Assembly (NCBI RefSeq): GCF_009914755.1 | Contig: NC_060938.1 | Direction: 5' to 3' (one strand) | Length of the DNA stretch: 64,000 nt | Source: the human T2T-CHM13v2.0 reference genome, Homo sapiens | Part shown: in pieces, positions 14,996 through 28,138 of the stretch | Numbering within the stretch: the first letter of the stretch is position 1 | Layout: every line of letters begins with the position of its first letter | The notes under the pieces: generated by a model | Database searches by the model: none | What the model was told of the DNA's origin: nothing | What the model saw: the letters and a program-made list of their open reading frames with translations, nothing else | Program-made: the position numbers and the translations under genes

Positions 14996-15857
14996 TGATA
15001 TGGTTTGGCTGTGTCCCTACCCAAATCTCATCATTAATTATAGTTCCGATAATCCCCACATGTCATGGGAGGGACCAGGTGGAGACAATTGAATTATGGG
15101 GGTGGTTTGCCCCATACTGTGCTCATGATAGTTACTCAGTTCTTATGAGATCTGATGGTTTTATAAGGAGCTTCCCCCTTCACTCAGCTCTCTTCTCTCT
15201 CCTGCTGCCCTGTGAGGTGCCTTCTGCCATGATTGTTTCCTGAGGCCTCCCCAGGTTGTGGAACTGTGAGTCCTTTAAACTTCTTTTCTTTATAAATTAC
15301 TCAGTCTCAGGTGTGTCTTCATAGCAGCATGAGGACGGACTAATACAGTAAATTGGTACTGCAGAGAATGGGGTGCTGCTATAAAGATACCCAAAAATGT
15401 GAAAGCAACTTTGGAACTGGGTAACAGGCAGAGGTTGGAACAGTTTGGAGGACTCAGAAGAAGACAGGAAAATATGGGAAAGTATGGAACCTTTCTAGAG
15501 ACTTGTTGAATGGTTTTGGCCAAAAGGCTGATAGTGATATGGACAATGAAGTCCAGGCTAAGGTGGTCTTAGATGGAGATGAGGAACTTGTTGAGAACTG
15601 GAGTAAAGGTGACTCTTGCTATGATTTAGCAAAGAGACTGGTGGCATTTTGCTCCTGCTCTAGAGATCTGTGGGACTGAACTTTAGAGAGATTATTTAGG
15701 GTAACTGGCAGAAGAAATTTCTAAGCAGCAAAGCATTCACAAGGAAGCAGAGCATAAAAGTTTCAAAAATTCACAACCTGATGATGTAATAGAAAAGAAA
15801 AACCCATTTTCTGGGGAGAAATTCAAGCCTGCTGCAGACATTTGCATAAGAAACAAG
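14996..15857 (+). mobile_element. THE1D-like LTR (14996-15347) plus the first ~510 bp of THE1 internal sequence; remainder deleted
   Basis: 'tgatatggtttggctgtgtccctacccaaatctcat...gactaataca' then 'gtaaattggtactgcagag...ggaactgggtaacaggcagaggttggaacagtttggagg'. Confidence 0.9.
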
Positions 15858-16847
15858 ATATGTGAGATGTGTGATATGTGAGATTTGATCCTGTCATCAT
15901 GTTGTTAACTGGTTGTTTTGTAGATTTTATTGTATATTGCTTTATATTGTCTGTAGGCTATGTGCTTAAGTGTGTTTTTGTTGTAGGAGGTATCAATCTT
16001 TCACTTACATGTTTAGTACTCTCTTAAGGACAGCTTGTAAGACTGGTCTGCTGATAATGAATTCCTATTGTGTTTGCTTGTCTGAGAAGGATCGTATTTC
16101 TCCTTCTCTTATGAAGCTTAATTTGGTGGAATATGAAATTCTTGGTTGAAATTGCTTTTCTTTGAAGATGCTGAAAACAGGTCCCCAATCTCTTCTCTGT
16201 GTAAGGTTTCTGCTGAGAGATCTGCTGCTAGCCTGATGGGGTTCTCTAGGTAAGTAATCTGACCTTTTTCTCAGGCTGCCTTTAAGGTTTTTTTTTTTGT
16301 GTGTTCACCTGGTGAATCTCATGACCTATGCCTTAGTGATGGTTGTTTTGTATATTATCTCACAGGGGTTCTCTGCATTTCTTGAATTTGCGTATCAACC
16401 TCTCTAGCAAGATTGGTAAATTTTTCATGGACTTTATCTTCAAAAATGTTTTCCAAATTGCCTACTCTCTCTCTTCTTCCTCTCAAGAATGTCAGTGAGT
16501 CATAGATTTGTGCACTTTACATAATCTCATATTTCTCAGAGGTTTTGTTCATTTTTTAAAATTCTTTTTTCTTTATTTTTGTCTGACTGAGTTGAATCAA
16601 AGACCAAGTCTTCAATCTCTGAGATTCCTTCCTTAGCTTAGTCGATTCTATTGTTAATGCTTCTGACTGTATTATGAAATTCTTATAGTGAATTTTTCAT
16701 TTCCAAAAGTTTAGTTTAGTTCTTTCTTAAAATGGCTATTTCACCTTTCGTTTCTTGGATTGTTTTTACTGGATTCTTTGGATTCTATGTATTGGGTCTC
16801 AACTTTCTTCTGGATCTCAATGAGCTTCCTTGCCATTTAGATTCTGA

Positions 16848-17195
<348 letters not shown>

Positions 17196-18671
17196 TAAGA
17201 ACCATTACTGCGGTGCTAGGGTGCTCATTTGGTGATAAGGGGACAGCCTGGCTTTTTGAATTACCAGAGTTCTTGTACTGGTTCTTTCTCATCTGAGACG
17301 GCTGTTGTTCCTTTAACTGTGGTGTAAGTTGAGTATAGTTAGTTGGCTTCATTTCTGGTTGCTTTCAGAGGGCCAAGGCTCTGTACAGGATCTTTATTTG
17401 TGGCTGAATTCTTGTCTTAGGTTCACAGGTGCTGTATACTGGCAAAATATTTTTGGTGTTTTAATTAGGGCTGTGATCCAGTACAGTAGATGGCACTAAA
17501 GAGTGATGGCTAGCAGATAGGCCCTTAGCCATGTGGCTCTTTTGTATTTTAGCACATTTGCTGTAGTGCTCTGTGGTGGGGCAGAAGAGAGAGATGACTT
17601 CCTCACTGGGTTCACTCTTGGGTCTTGGATTAGCCCCCTCCAATCACTGGAGCCACCCCTGTGTTAACTTTGTTAGATGTTCTGGGCCACAGGGCTCCCT
17701 TGGGGAAAGGCCATGGCTGACAGACAGCCTACCTGCTTCCTGGGCTGGCCCTGCCGAGGAAGGCATGCTCTGCTCCTGCACCAGCCCACGAACCCAAGCA
17801 TCTAACCTCTCTCAGTGTTCTGAGAGTGGGGGCTCTTTCCTGACTTGGATACCACCAAGCCAGTGGATCTTCCCTGGCTAGGAGTAGTGGGGGACAGGAT
17901 GCACAGCCTGCCATCCAGGCAGTTCCCTGGGGAACACAGAGCTATGCCCATCCACAGGATTCAGGTTGGGGTGGAACTCCCTGAACCCACACTGGAAGCC
18001 CAAGCCAGCAAGACTTGCCTGACTAGGCACAGTGGGGGCAGGGGGAGTCACAAGATCTGCCACCAGTGTGTTTCCCAAGGGAACACAGAGCTGTGCCCAC
18101 CCACAGAATTCAAGCAGGGGGCACAGTTGCTGTGCTGGAAGCTGAATGGAGCCTTCTCTGGCAAGGAGGAGTGGGGTGGTCGGACTGCCTCCCAGCACCA
18201 TGACTGTAGCCTCTATTGGCATTATGGCAGCTGGTACTGGGCTGCTCAGGGATTCAGGGACTGTGGGGCTCCCTGTGGTCTTGAGGGGTGCCTCTGCAAA
18301 AACTCCAGGTGGCTGGCTGTGTCAGTCTAGAGACTGAGAGGAGGGTGTCAAAGGGCTTCTCTCATTCCTAGGATTGCAAAGGTTCCAGTGGGAAGTGTGG
18401 ATCCCCCAGGAACTCTTATTGTATCACTCTTTCCATGTGTTAGGAAGCTTCTCCTGGCTCCCCACTAGTCCCAGGTGGGTGGCTGCTCAGAATATTTAGT
18501 TCATTTACATGTAACATAATTACTGGTTTTAAGTATACTGTCTCATTATTTTTTTGTTTAGTTGTAGCATCTGTTTTCTGTTCCTGTTTCTCCTTTTCTG
18601 ACTTCTTTTAAGTTAATGGAATGCTTTTTAGTATTCCATTTCAATTCTCCTACTAATTTTTTTAAAGCTAT

Positions 18672-18672
<1 letters not shown>

Positions 18673-18717
<45 letters not shown>
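18673..18717. repeat. (TG)n microsatellite
   Basis: Perfect TG run. Confidence 0.95.
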
Positions 18718-18719
<2 letters not shown>

Positions 18720-19328
18720 TGTTGTTGTTGTTTGGTTTAGTGATTGCTCCGGAATTACAATATGAATTCCTAATTTTCACAGTCTCTTTGGAGTAATATT
18801 GTACAACTTAATGTAAAATGTGAGAATCTTATCACAGTAAAGTTCCACTTTTCATGCCCTTATCCTTTGTGCTATTCTTGTCATATATTTTGTATCTATC
18901 TAGGATATAAATTCTATGATAAAGCTATATAATTTTTGCTTTAAACAGTCTGTGGCCTTTCAAAGAAGTTAAAGGAAAGTGTTAAAAGATGATGTTTTTT
19001 ATTTATCCACATATTTATGGCTACTAGCGCTCTTGATTCCTTCCTGCAGATTTGAATTTCCATTTGGTGTCATTTCTCTTTAGCCTGAAAAACTTTCTTT
19101 AGCCTTTTTTATTAGTGCATATTTGCTGGTGTTCATTTCTTTCCATTTTTATTTATAAAAGTTATTTCAGTCTTATTTATGGGGGATATTTTTGCTTGGT
19201 ATAAAATTCTGAGTTGATAGTGTTTCTTTTATTAAGTACTCTAAAGATGCCATTCAATTGTCTGCCAGCCTCTAATATTTTTTATGAGAAGTTGGTAATC
19301 ATATGTGTAATTTCCCCCCATATGTAAT

Positions 19329-19691
19329 TGTCTTAGCCAGTTTAGGCTGCTATAACAAATTCCCATAGACTGGATGGCTTAAACAACAGACATTTATTTC
19401 ACATAGTTCTGGAGGCTAGGAAGTCTAAGATCAAGGCTCTGGCAAATCTGGTATCTAGTGAGGGCCCACTTCTTGGTTGCTGGTGCTAACTTCTCATTGT
19501 ATCCTCACATGGCAGAAAGAGAGCAAGCCAGCTCTCTGGCTTCTTCTTATAAAGACACTAATCCCCTCCATCAGGGCTCCACCCTCATGTCCAATGATCT
19601 CCCAAAAACCCCATGTCCAAATACCATCAAGTTGGTGATTAGATTTTAACCTATGAATTTGGGAGGAGACACAAACATCCCATCTCTACTA
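19329..19691 (-). mobile_element. MLT1A/MSTD-type MaLR solo LTR
   Basis: 'tgtcttagccagtttaggctgctataacaaa...gttctggaggctaggaagtctaagatcaagg', TSD GTAAT on both sides. Confidence 0.85.
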
Positions 19692-20991
19692 GTAATGTAT
19701 CTCTTTTTTTCTTGGCTGCTTTTAATATTGTCTCTTTATCTTTGGATTTTAGAGTTTGATTATGATGTTCCCAGATGTAGTTCTCTTTGTATTCATCCTT
19801 CTTGGAGTTTACTGAGTTTCTTGGATCTGTAGTTTGATGCTTTTCATCAGATTTGGAGAAATTTTGACTATTATTTCTTCAAATGTTTTTCCTGCTCCAT
19901 TATTTCTATCATTTTTCCATGGAACTCCAGTTGTATGTATATTAGATGTGATTGTCCCATAGACCACTGAGGTCTGTTCATTTTTTAAGCCTATCCTTTG
20001 TCTTCAGAGTGGATGATTTCTATTTATCTCTCTTCAAGTGTATTTATCATTTAATCTGAAGTCTCTAATCTGCTGCTAAACTCATCTGGTAAAATTTTCA
20101 TTTCATATATGTACTTTCAGTTTTTGAATTTCCATTTACTTATTTTCTGTTTTTCCTGTTTCTCTGCACAGATTCCACATCTGTATACTCATTTTGACTA
20201 TCTTTTACTTTAAGTGTTTGATCCTATTTGTAGTAGCTGCTTTAAGGTCATAGTCTAATAATTCCAACATCTGGATAATCTTGGATTCTTTTCTTATTTT
20301 TTTCTTTATTTCTTTAGTTTGGGTACAGTTTTCTGTTTCTTTGTGTGTCTAGTAAAATTTTATTGTAGCCTGAACATTATAGATGATACATTATAGGAAT
20401 GCTAGGCTATGTGTTGAGTATTGAGTTTTATTGTGGCTTGTTAAATCACTGGTAGATCTTTTTTGGTTCTGTCAGGCTAACTTTTCTTCTATGTTAGGAA
20501 AGATCTATTTTGGTTTTGATTTAGTCCTAGGTATGCTCTTTCTCTGTGATACAGTCCTTACTCCTGAGGTTCCTATTTCTAAGTAGAGACTTTATTCCTA
20601 AGGCACCGTTTTTCTGCAATGTTGACTGAATTCTAGACTGGGAAACTCCAATATCTCCCAGCACCACACAACCTCTGGTATTACCATTCACCTTTCAACC
20701 TTGCGGCAATCGATCTGTGCTAGGCCTCGTGAAGATTTGACCTGTGCAAGGATCCGTGGTGCATTCTCACTCAGACTTTTGAGACTTCCCCTCTGCACAG
20801 TTGCTTCTCTAGCACCCAGGATCACAAATTCCAACTGTTTTAGCAGCCTGGAATCTCTGCCTCACCTGTTCACTCTGCTTTCATTTCATTTCCCTGTGCT
20901 GTGGCAAGAATATGTCCCAGGCAGAGAGCGGGGGAAATTGTGGGGCTCATCTCATGTTTCCCTTCTGTCAGGAATTACAGTCCTATGATGC

Positions 20992-21876
20992 TGATATGGT
21001 TTAGACCTGTCTCCTCACCAAATCTCATGTGAAATGTAATCCCCAGTGTTGGAGGTGGGGCCTGGTGGGAGGTATTTGGATCATGGGGGCAGATCCCTCA
21101 GAATGGCTTAGCTTCATTCCTTTGGTGATGAATGAGTTCACATGAGATCTGGTTGTTTAAAAGTGTGTGGCATCTCCCACTCTCTCTTTCTCTTACTCCC
21201 ACTCAAGCCATGTGAGCCGCCTGCTCCCCCTTCACCTTCTGTCATGATTGTAAGCTTCTGTGGCCTCCCCAGAAGCAAATGTTGGTGCTGTGCTTCCTGT
21301 ATAGCCTACAAAACTGTGAGTCAGTTAAACCTGTTGTTTTTTTTTTTAAATAAATTATCCAGTCTCAGGTATTTCTTTATAGCAACACAAGAGTGGTCTA
21401 CACAGAAAATTGGTACTAAGGAATGGAGCGTTGCTATGAAGATACCTCAAAATGTGGAAGCAGCTTTGGAACTGGGTAATGAGCAGAGATTAGAAGAGTT
21501 TGGAGGGCTCAGCAGAAGAAGGGAAAATAAGGGAAAGTTTGCAACTTCTTAGAGACTGGTTAAATGATTGTGACCAAAATGCTGATAGTGACATGGACAA
21601 TGAAGGCCAAACGGATGAGGTCCCAGATGGAAATGAGGAACTTATTTGTGAACTAGAGCAAAGGTCATGTGTGTTAGGCTTCAGCAAAGTGCTTGGCTGC
21701 ATTCTATTCATGCTCCAGGGATCTGTGGGAGTTTGAACTTAAGAGTGATGATTTAGGGTATCTGGCAGTGGAAATTTTTAAGCAGCCTGCAGAACTGTGA
21801 GCCAATTAAACCTCTTTTCTTATAAATTATTCAGTCTCTGTATTTCTTTATAGCAATGCAAGAACAGCCTAATATA
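20992..21876 (+). mobile_element. MSTB-like MaLR: 5' LTR (20992-21403), internal stub (21404-~21786) and 3' LTR tail (~21783-21876)
   Basis: The LTR end motif occurs twice ('aactgtgag..ttaaacct..aaattat.cagtctc..tatttctttatagcaa'). TSD GATGC/GATGA. Confidence 0.88.
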
Positions 21877-22419
21877 GATGACTGTTTTTCTTTTTCCAAA
21901 AACAATGGCCTCGTATATTTTGTTCATTGTTATAGTTTATTTTAGTGGGAAGGAAAGTCAGGTGTCCATTATTCTGTCATTGTGGGACGCTAAAGTCTCT
22001 GAACACATTATCTTAAAACTATTTTTGAAATATGGTTAAACACACACACACACACACATACTTGCTTGTATGTGATGCTTGCCAATGAGAAGACAAAACT
22101 TCTATAAAGAAAAATATGGTTATCTGTGATCTTCTTTAATAAATATTTTTAAAATATTGCAATTGAAAATGTAACACCATTAATTCACTCATCAAATAGC
22201 TAAGTAGAGTCTACATTTTGTATTTCTTAAAGATAAAATCAGTTCCACAAATATTCTTGATAACCCATTTATAAGGCTCTGAAAGTGGCATAAAGAAAAT
22301 AAGGCAGGGCCTGAGATCAAGAGGCTTTTGTTGTATCAGGAAAGACAGGTCACACATAGAAAACGAGTTAAATATGAAGGCAAGGCAGAATATGATTGTA
22401 TACTAAGCCTGGTCGGAAC

Positions 22420-22975
22420 AAATAGATGAGGCAAGACTGGCTTACCTTCCCCTTCTAGCTGGAGGGGCACCTCTGCATCAAACACGATTCCCCACACACA
22501 CCCAAGTCACAGAAGCTGGACTAAAATCGGATGCCTAACCCAAAGGGTACCAACCTATAGATAGGGCTTAACCAGTGAGATTTCCCACTAAGGATTTGAA
22601 TTAAGAGGCTCAGAGATTGCAGTCAGTTGGTAGTAGATGTTTGGCCAGTAAGATCATGTCGAGTTGGCAATGGAATGGGCACTAGGTCAAGCCAAAGTCA
22701 TGGCCAAGTTGTGGCTATGAAGGAGTAAGAACCATAGGTGAGCAGTCTTCAGAGAGACTAGGGTAGATACACCAAGAGAAATAGCAATATTCCAGAGGCA
22801 GAGGGAAAACTATAGAATTCTACCTGAGAATTTTCCAGTTCAGTCTTCTTTGTGCTTCTAATATTAAATTCCTATAATAGTCTACAGTATCCTTTCAATA
22901 ACTCTCTTTTTACTTGAGATGGTTTTAGTGTTTGGTTTTCGTCTCATATAGTGAAATACAGTCTAACTAGAATCA
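22420..22975 (+). mobile_element. Ancient MLT1 (K/L/M-type) LTR between L2 remnants
   Basis: 3' end 'tttttacttgagatggttttagtg...agtctaactagaatca'; highly diverged. Confidence 0.45.
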
Positions 22976-25900
22976 CGGTTTAGGTGAAAAGCGCTGTAGG
23001 AATTAAGCCAAGATAGAAATTACTCCAGGCTATAGAAGTCAAAGAAGGCTTCATGGAGGAGATCAAACCGAAGGTTCATCTCAAAGAAAAAGCTAGTTTG
23101 AAGGGACTAGTGTGTGGGTGACCTTTGCATGGCTCAAAAATGCCCTTTGTAGTCCATATTATACAAGCTTTAAAAATAAACCACTAACTTAAATTTTGTA
23201 CTGTGTTCCCATCAGTCATTGACAGTTTCTCCTTTATTTGCTTCCTATGTAAAAGGGTAAACCATCTAGTTCTTTGAGAGGTGTCAAGATTTCAGTATGC
23301 TCTGTTTTACTCTCTTTTGGTTTTGTATGTTACACTTCAGGCAAAGAGCTGCAGTCAAAAGTTACAGAAAAGCTGTTAAAACTCCATGGAATTATTTTTA
23401 TTTTCACTTCATCCTGGCTGATCCTGCTTATATTTATTTATTTATTACCTGCTTATAAAATGTAGAATCATTTTGGGTAGCACTAGCACTAAATGAGCAT
23501 TTAGAACGCTAGGCTTTAATTCCAGCTTGGATAATTGCTTTGCTGCTTCCCAGAATTTTGACTCACTTTCCCCATCTGTAAAGAGAGTGAGTATTGAAGT
23601 TCTTAGACCTCGCTTCGTGTCAGAATAATGTGTCATTATGGGAACTAATGAGATCATGTTCATAAGAGGATTTGTTTTCTTCATTGTGGTGAAACATCAG
23701 AGATGGAAATCCACCCAGCAATTGTTGTCATAATAATTATAGTAAGCAATTAAAAAACATACAACAGCGGTGGTTTTCTACTTTTTCTCTAATTATAAAG
23801 AAGATTAGGAAGGGAGAAGGAAGGGGTTGCAAAATGAAAACCAGACTTGCTTTGAATGAGATAGCATCTGACTTTTCCCTGGAGGTAGAGGCAGATAAAC
23901 AGTCTCCGAAGGAATAATTTCCTAATCCTTTACTCTGCATCACCACAACCTTCTCACTGTCTCCTTTCAGAGGGGACCAATGAAAACAGCTCTGTTCTTA
24001 ACGAATGCTTTCCTATTTGTTGGGATAAATGGTGACATTTGGTGTAATGGTATTGCAGGTCAGTTTGAATAATTGCTTGCTGTGAAGAGATCCTGAAGCA
24101 GAAGACAAAAACTGTAAGCAACACCAGATAGGAACAGTATGAAATTTGTAATGCCCAGAGAAATAAGGGCTTCATTTTGCAGGTTTTGGATGGTCTGTAT
24201 TTATGTACAGAGAGCATTCTGTTATGTGTTGGGAGAAATACCAGGCAAGGCTGCATGAGTGATAATGTTCCCGGAAGAGAAAAACGAGGAACTAGAAGGC
24301 AACCAACTATCATAAAAGTAATTAATTGTTTTACTTTTTAATGGTCTGGCAAGAATGCCTTTTTAAAAAAATGAATCATACAAATGGGACCGTGATGTCA
24401 GACAGACTGTCCATTGAGACTTAAGAGACTAGTTCCTGCTGTAAATTATTTTAATGAGTTCATTTCTAAAATGTTTTATGAGGTTGAGAAGTGTGGTGTC
24501 AAATTATTTTTCTTAAATCTCTCATCGCTTTAAATGGCTTTCAGAGTACGTTTCAGGGTAACATTTCCTTTCAGAAATTCCTTCCAAGTTTAGTGGCTGT
24601 TGTTTTACCAATCAGGTCTTTCTCCAAGGATGGTTTTAGTGCACGATTTTTCATGACTCAGCTCAAAATGAACAAGACCTCATTGTTGGCTTTCTTGTTT
24701 TTGCACCAGCATTATTGACAAGATCTGCATAACTCTTGGAAAAAGGTCTGTTGTCTAACCAAGCTACTATGGAAACCTGATCCAGGCCATTTAGAAGCCT
24801 GATGCCTTTTCCTCTTGAATTTGTGAAGAAGTTTGAGACTGGTCAAAGTTCCCTTAGAAAATATTCATCAAGGCAGAGGAACACAGCTTGTTCACTGCAT
24901 TTCACTTTTCATCTTAAATAAGCTTTGCAAATAGACTCACTGGCCCAGGGTGAAGGGGGCACTGCCGAGAGGGCATTATAAAGCATGAAGATTTCACTTA
25001 TTTTGTTCCTTATGTTCTGACTAGGCAGGAGCAGGGAGGAGCAACAGCTTGGCTTATTTTTTTCTTTTTCTTTTTTTTTTAAGCACACTCACGAAAGTGA
25101 TGGTTGGAAAAATATTGTAGATGCCTGCTCTACATCAGTAAATAATTCTATATTCATTAGAAGCATTCAAGCTTTACCTCAAACATGCAGGTTCTAAAGA
25201 GAAGCCCAGAAATGCAGTCTACACTCCGCTCTCCCTTAAGAATCTTCCTTCCCCCGCTCCTTTCCTTAAATACCAAATTGAAAAAGAACAGAACACTTGA
25301 GGAAGATGAAGAAAGAGTCCATGCATCACCTTGGGAGCCTACTCTGCCTTATATAGAGAGAAGCACTAGGAATGACCTAAGCTGTGTCTAGTCAAGGGCT
25401 TTGCTCAATAAATTCTCCAGGCCACTTCCTTTCTTTGTTTATTGCCAAGTATTCTGAGGTCTTAAAAGGGTAGAGGGAGACTTCACTTCCAGTATCTTTA
25501 GGTATAAATCTTATCCCAGTAAAACAAGGCTTGCACAATTTATAATGTGGCTATTCATCACTATTTATGATTCATATGTACTTAACACTTTATGATGACT
25601 CTGACCACAGCCGTCTCTCATGGAACATATGCCAGAGGAGTAGAGCCTTGGGGATGTCTCCTGTTAATATTGACAGGATTCCTTACTGCATGACAACTGG
25701 GAACTGAGTGTCTGTGAGTGAGCGATGGCCTCCTTCTTGAGATTGATGTGTATGATGTACCTGTGGTGTGCTTGGTAGGGTACAGAACCTGAGGAGATCA
25801 CAGTTTTCTTTCATCCTTCCTAGAGGTGATGATAATATGACCCCACCATTATCTGGGGTAAATGGGATAACTCACAGACTCTACCCCTAATTCTTGTCAA

Positions 25901-26309
25901 TATTTCAAACTCTTTTTCCTGCCAGATCTTTTATGCAAGGTGGAAAATCACTGCTATTGAGGTTTGTCTTTCTCCACTCCTTTGCTCAAGTTATGCAGAT
26001 CTTGTCAATAATACTGGCACAAAAACAAAGCAAGTGAAAGAGTTTGAATAGTCTGATGCTGGATTATCCTCCTTCAGTGAGCAGGAACCGCAGTCATTTC
26101 TGTACCAGAGGGTACAGCTGTTGCTGGGGTGCAGTTTGGCCTTTCTCAGATTTCCCTGAGGAGGAAGAAGTTTTCCCCCACAGTTTCCTTTATAGACTCT
26201 AAGCCATTGGTTCAAAGGTTTTCGAGAAGGTGGTCAGATTCCTGGCAGACTCAATGAGAGGCAGATTCTGGGTCTGGGGGAAAAACTATTGTATTATAAA
26301 ATATTAGAT

Positions 26310-27085
26310 CATTAACTATCAATCACCAAATTTTATTGGGTACCTACCAGGCACTGTTTTAGATGCTTGGGATACATCACTGAACATAAGAGACAAAAAT
26401 TCCTGCCCTCATGGCGCTTACATTTGAATGGGAACAAACAATAAAAACAAAATAAATAAGTAAGTAAAAAGGCAAGGGATATTGGAATGTTGGAAGGGTA
26501 CAGTTCTGATTGTAAGCAGTGCTGATTAACCAGGGTGGCCAAGATAGATCTCCTCAAAGAGTGAAATTTGAGGAAACAGTTGAAGGAGTTGAGAGAGTTA
26601 GCCTCAGAGATATCTGGAGGGAGAGCATCCAGATGGAAGGGACAGACCAGACAAAGGCCTTAGACAAGAGACTGCTGGTGCATTTGAGGACAGCAAAAAG
26701 GCCCTGCAGCTGGAGCACCGTGAGTAATGGGGAGAGTAACAGGAAAGGAGGTCAAAGGCAGTAGGGTGGGACACAGCAGGTAGAGAGTTGTGAGCCATCA
26801 TAAGGACCTCAGCTTTTACTCTGCGTGAGATGGTCAGCCACTGGACAGTTTGAGCAGAGCAGTGACATGACCTGACCTTTTTAAAGGGTCATTCTAGCCG
26901 CTGTACTAAAAATAGGCTCTGGGAGAATGAGCAGAGAGACCAGTTAGAAGGATGAGGCAATAATCAAGGTGACAGATGATAGGGTGCCTCAGAGCAGAGT
27001 GGTAGGAATGGCAGAGGAGAGAGAAAGGGAGGACTCTGGATATGTTTTTAAAGCTAAATCCAAAAGGATTTCCTGATGGGTGGGT
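26310..27085 (-). mobile_element. L2a LINE 3' portion
   Basis: 'tttattgggtacctaccaggcactgttttagatgcttgggatacatc...cctgccctcatgg...gagcagtgacatgacctgac'. Confidence 0.85.
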
Positions 27086-27377
27086 GAGTGAGTGAGTGAG
27101 TAAGTGAGTAAATGTACTCTAGTTCCAGACAGTACTATGATAAGCCTGAGCGGGAGAAAAAAATTTCAGTGTCCAGTGATAGCCACCCCCATGCCTCAGT
27201 TGGCCCTGGGGAGCAAGAGTAGAAACAGCAACAGATCCATGACTGGTCTGGCTCTGCTTGGTCCTGACCCGTCCTGCACCTCTGGCTTGTCTCGCTGACT
27301 ACTCGGCCCCAGACACCTTCAGAATGATATGTCAAAATAATATTAACTTTACACTGTACACTTTATTTATCTCACAT

Positions 27378-27530
27378 ATGTGTGTGTGTGTGAGTGTGTG
27401 TGTATATATATATATATACACGTATATGTATATATACACATATATATACGTATATATATATACATATATATATATACGTATATATATATATACACATATA
27501 TATATATATACATATATATGTATATATATG
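27378..27530. repeat. (TG)n/(TA)n compound microsatellite
   Basis: Alternating purine-pyrimidine tract. Confidence 0.95.
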
Positions 27531-27805
27531 GCACCTGTTTTGTGCCAGCTGCCGATCTGGAAGCTGAGGATAAGAGATGTGGAATCACGCATTGGTTTAT
27601 TCAGCCATGCTGGGATCTCTACTTAGTGCTTCATGATGATCTCATTCAATTTCTCCCAACAACTATTTGAGATACAGACTGTTTTCATCCATTTTACAGA
27701 TGAGGAAACTGGGGCTTAGAAAAGTTAAATAGTTTTCCAAGGTCACACAGGTCGGAAGGGGTATATGATTTGAATCTAGGTGTGGGTGACCCAGGCTCCA
27801 TGCTC
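27530..27805 (-). mobile_element. MIR
   Basis: 'ccattttacagatgaggaaactggggcttagaaaagttaaatagttttccaaggtcacacag'. Confidence 0.8.
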
Positions 27806-27810
27806 AAAAA

Positions 27811-28138
27811 CAGAAGTTGGCAACCTCTTTCTGTAAAGTGACAGAAAATGTGTTTAGGCTTTGTGGACCATGTAGTCTCTGTCCCAGCTTCTCTGTCACT
27901 GTACTAAAGCAGTCATAGGCAATATATAACCACCAATGAGAATGGCTGTATTCCAGTAAAACACTTAATTTACAGACACTGAAATTAAAATTTCATATAA
28001 TTTTCGTGTCATGAAATATTATTATTCTTTTGATTCGTTCCAACTATTTAAAAGTGTAAACACCCTTCTTAGATTGTAGCTCATTAAAAAACAGGCAGTG
28101 AGCTGGACTCGGCCCTGGACCATAGTTGTCAATCCCTG
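27811..28138. mobile_element. MER58B-like hAT-Charlie MITE
   Basis: CAG...CTG termini ('cagaagttggcaa' / 'ttgtcaatccctg'), 8-bp TSD CTCAAAAA/CTCTAAAA. Confidence 0.8.

Noticed and set aside
17573-18337. ORFs up to 161 aa antisense to the L1 5' UTR (ORF0-like?)
   Set aside because: ORF0 is described for young primate L1PA 5' UTRs. This is an older UTR type, and I see no resemblance or splice support.
26906-26915. Perfect MEF2 word CTAAAAATAG
   Set aside because: A single AT-rich 10-mer inside an L2 element with no supporting context
27258-27670. Y/I/V/C-rich ORFs (also 55485-55847)
   Set aside because: (TA)n/(TG)n microsatellite artefacts
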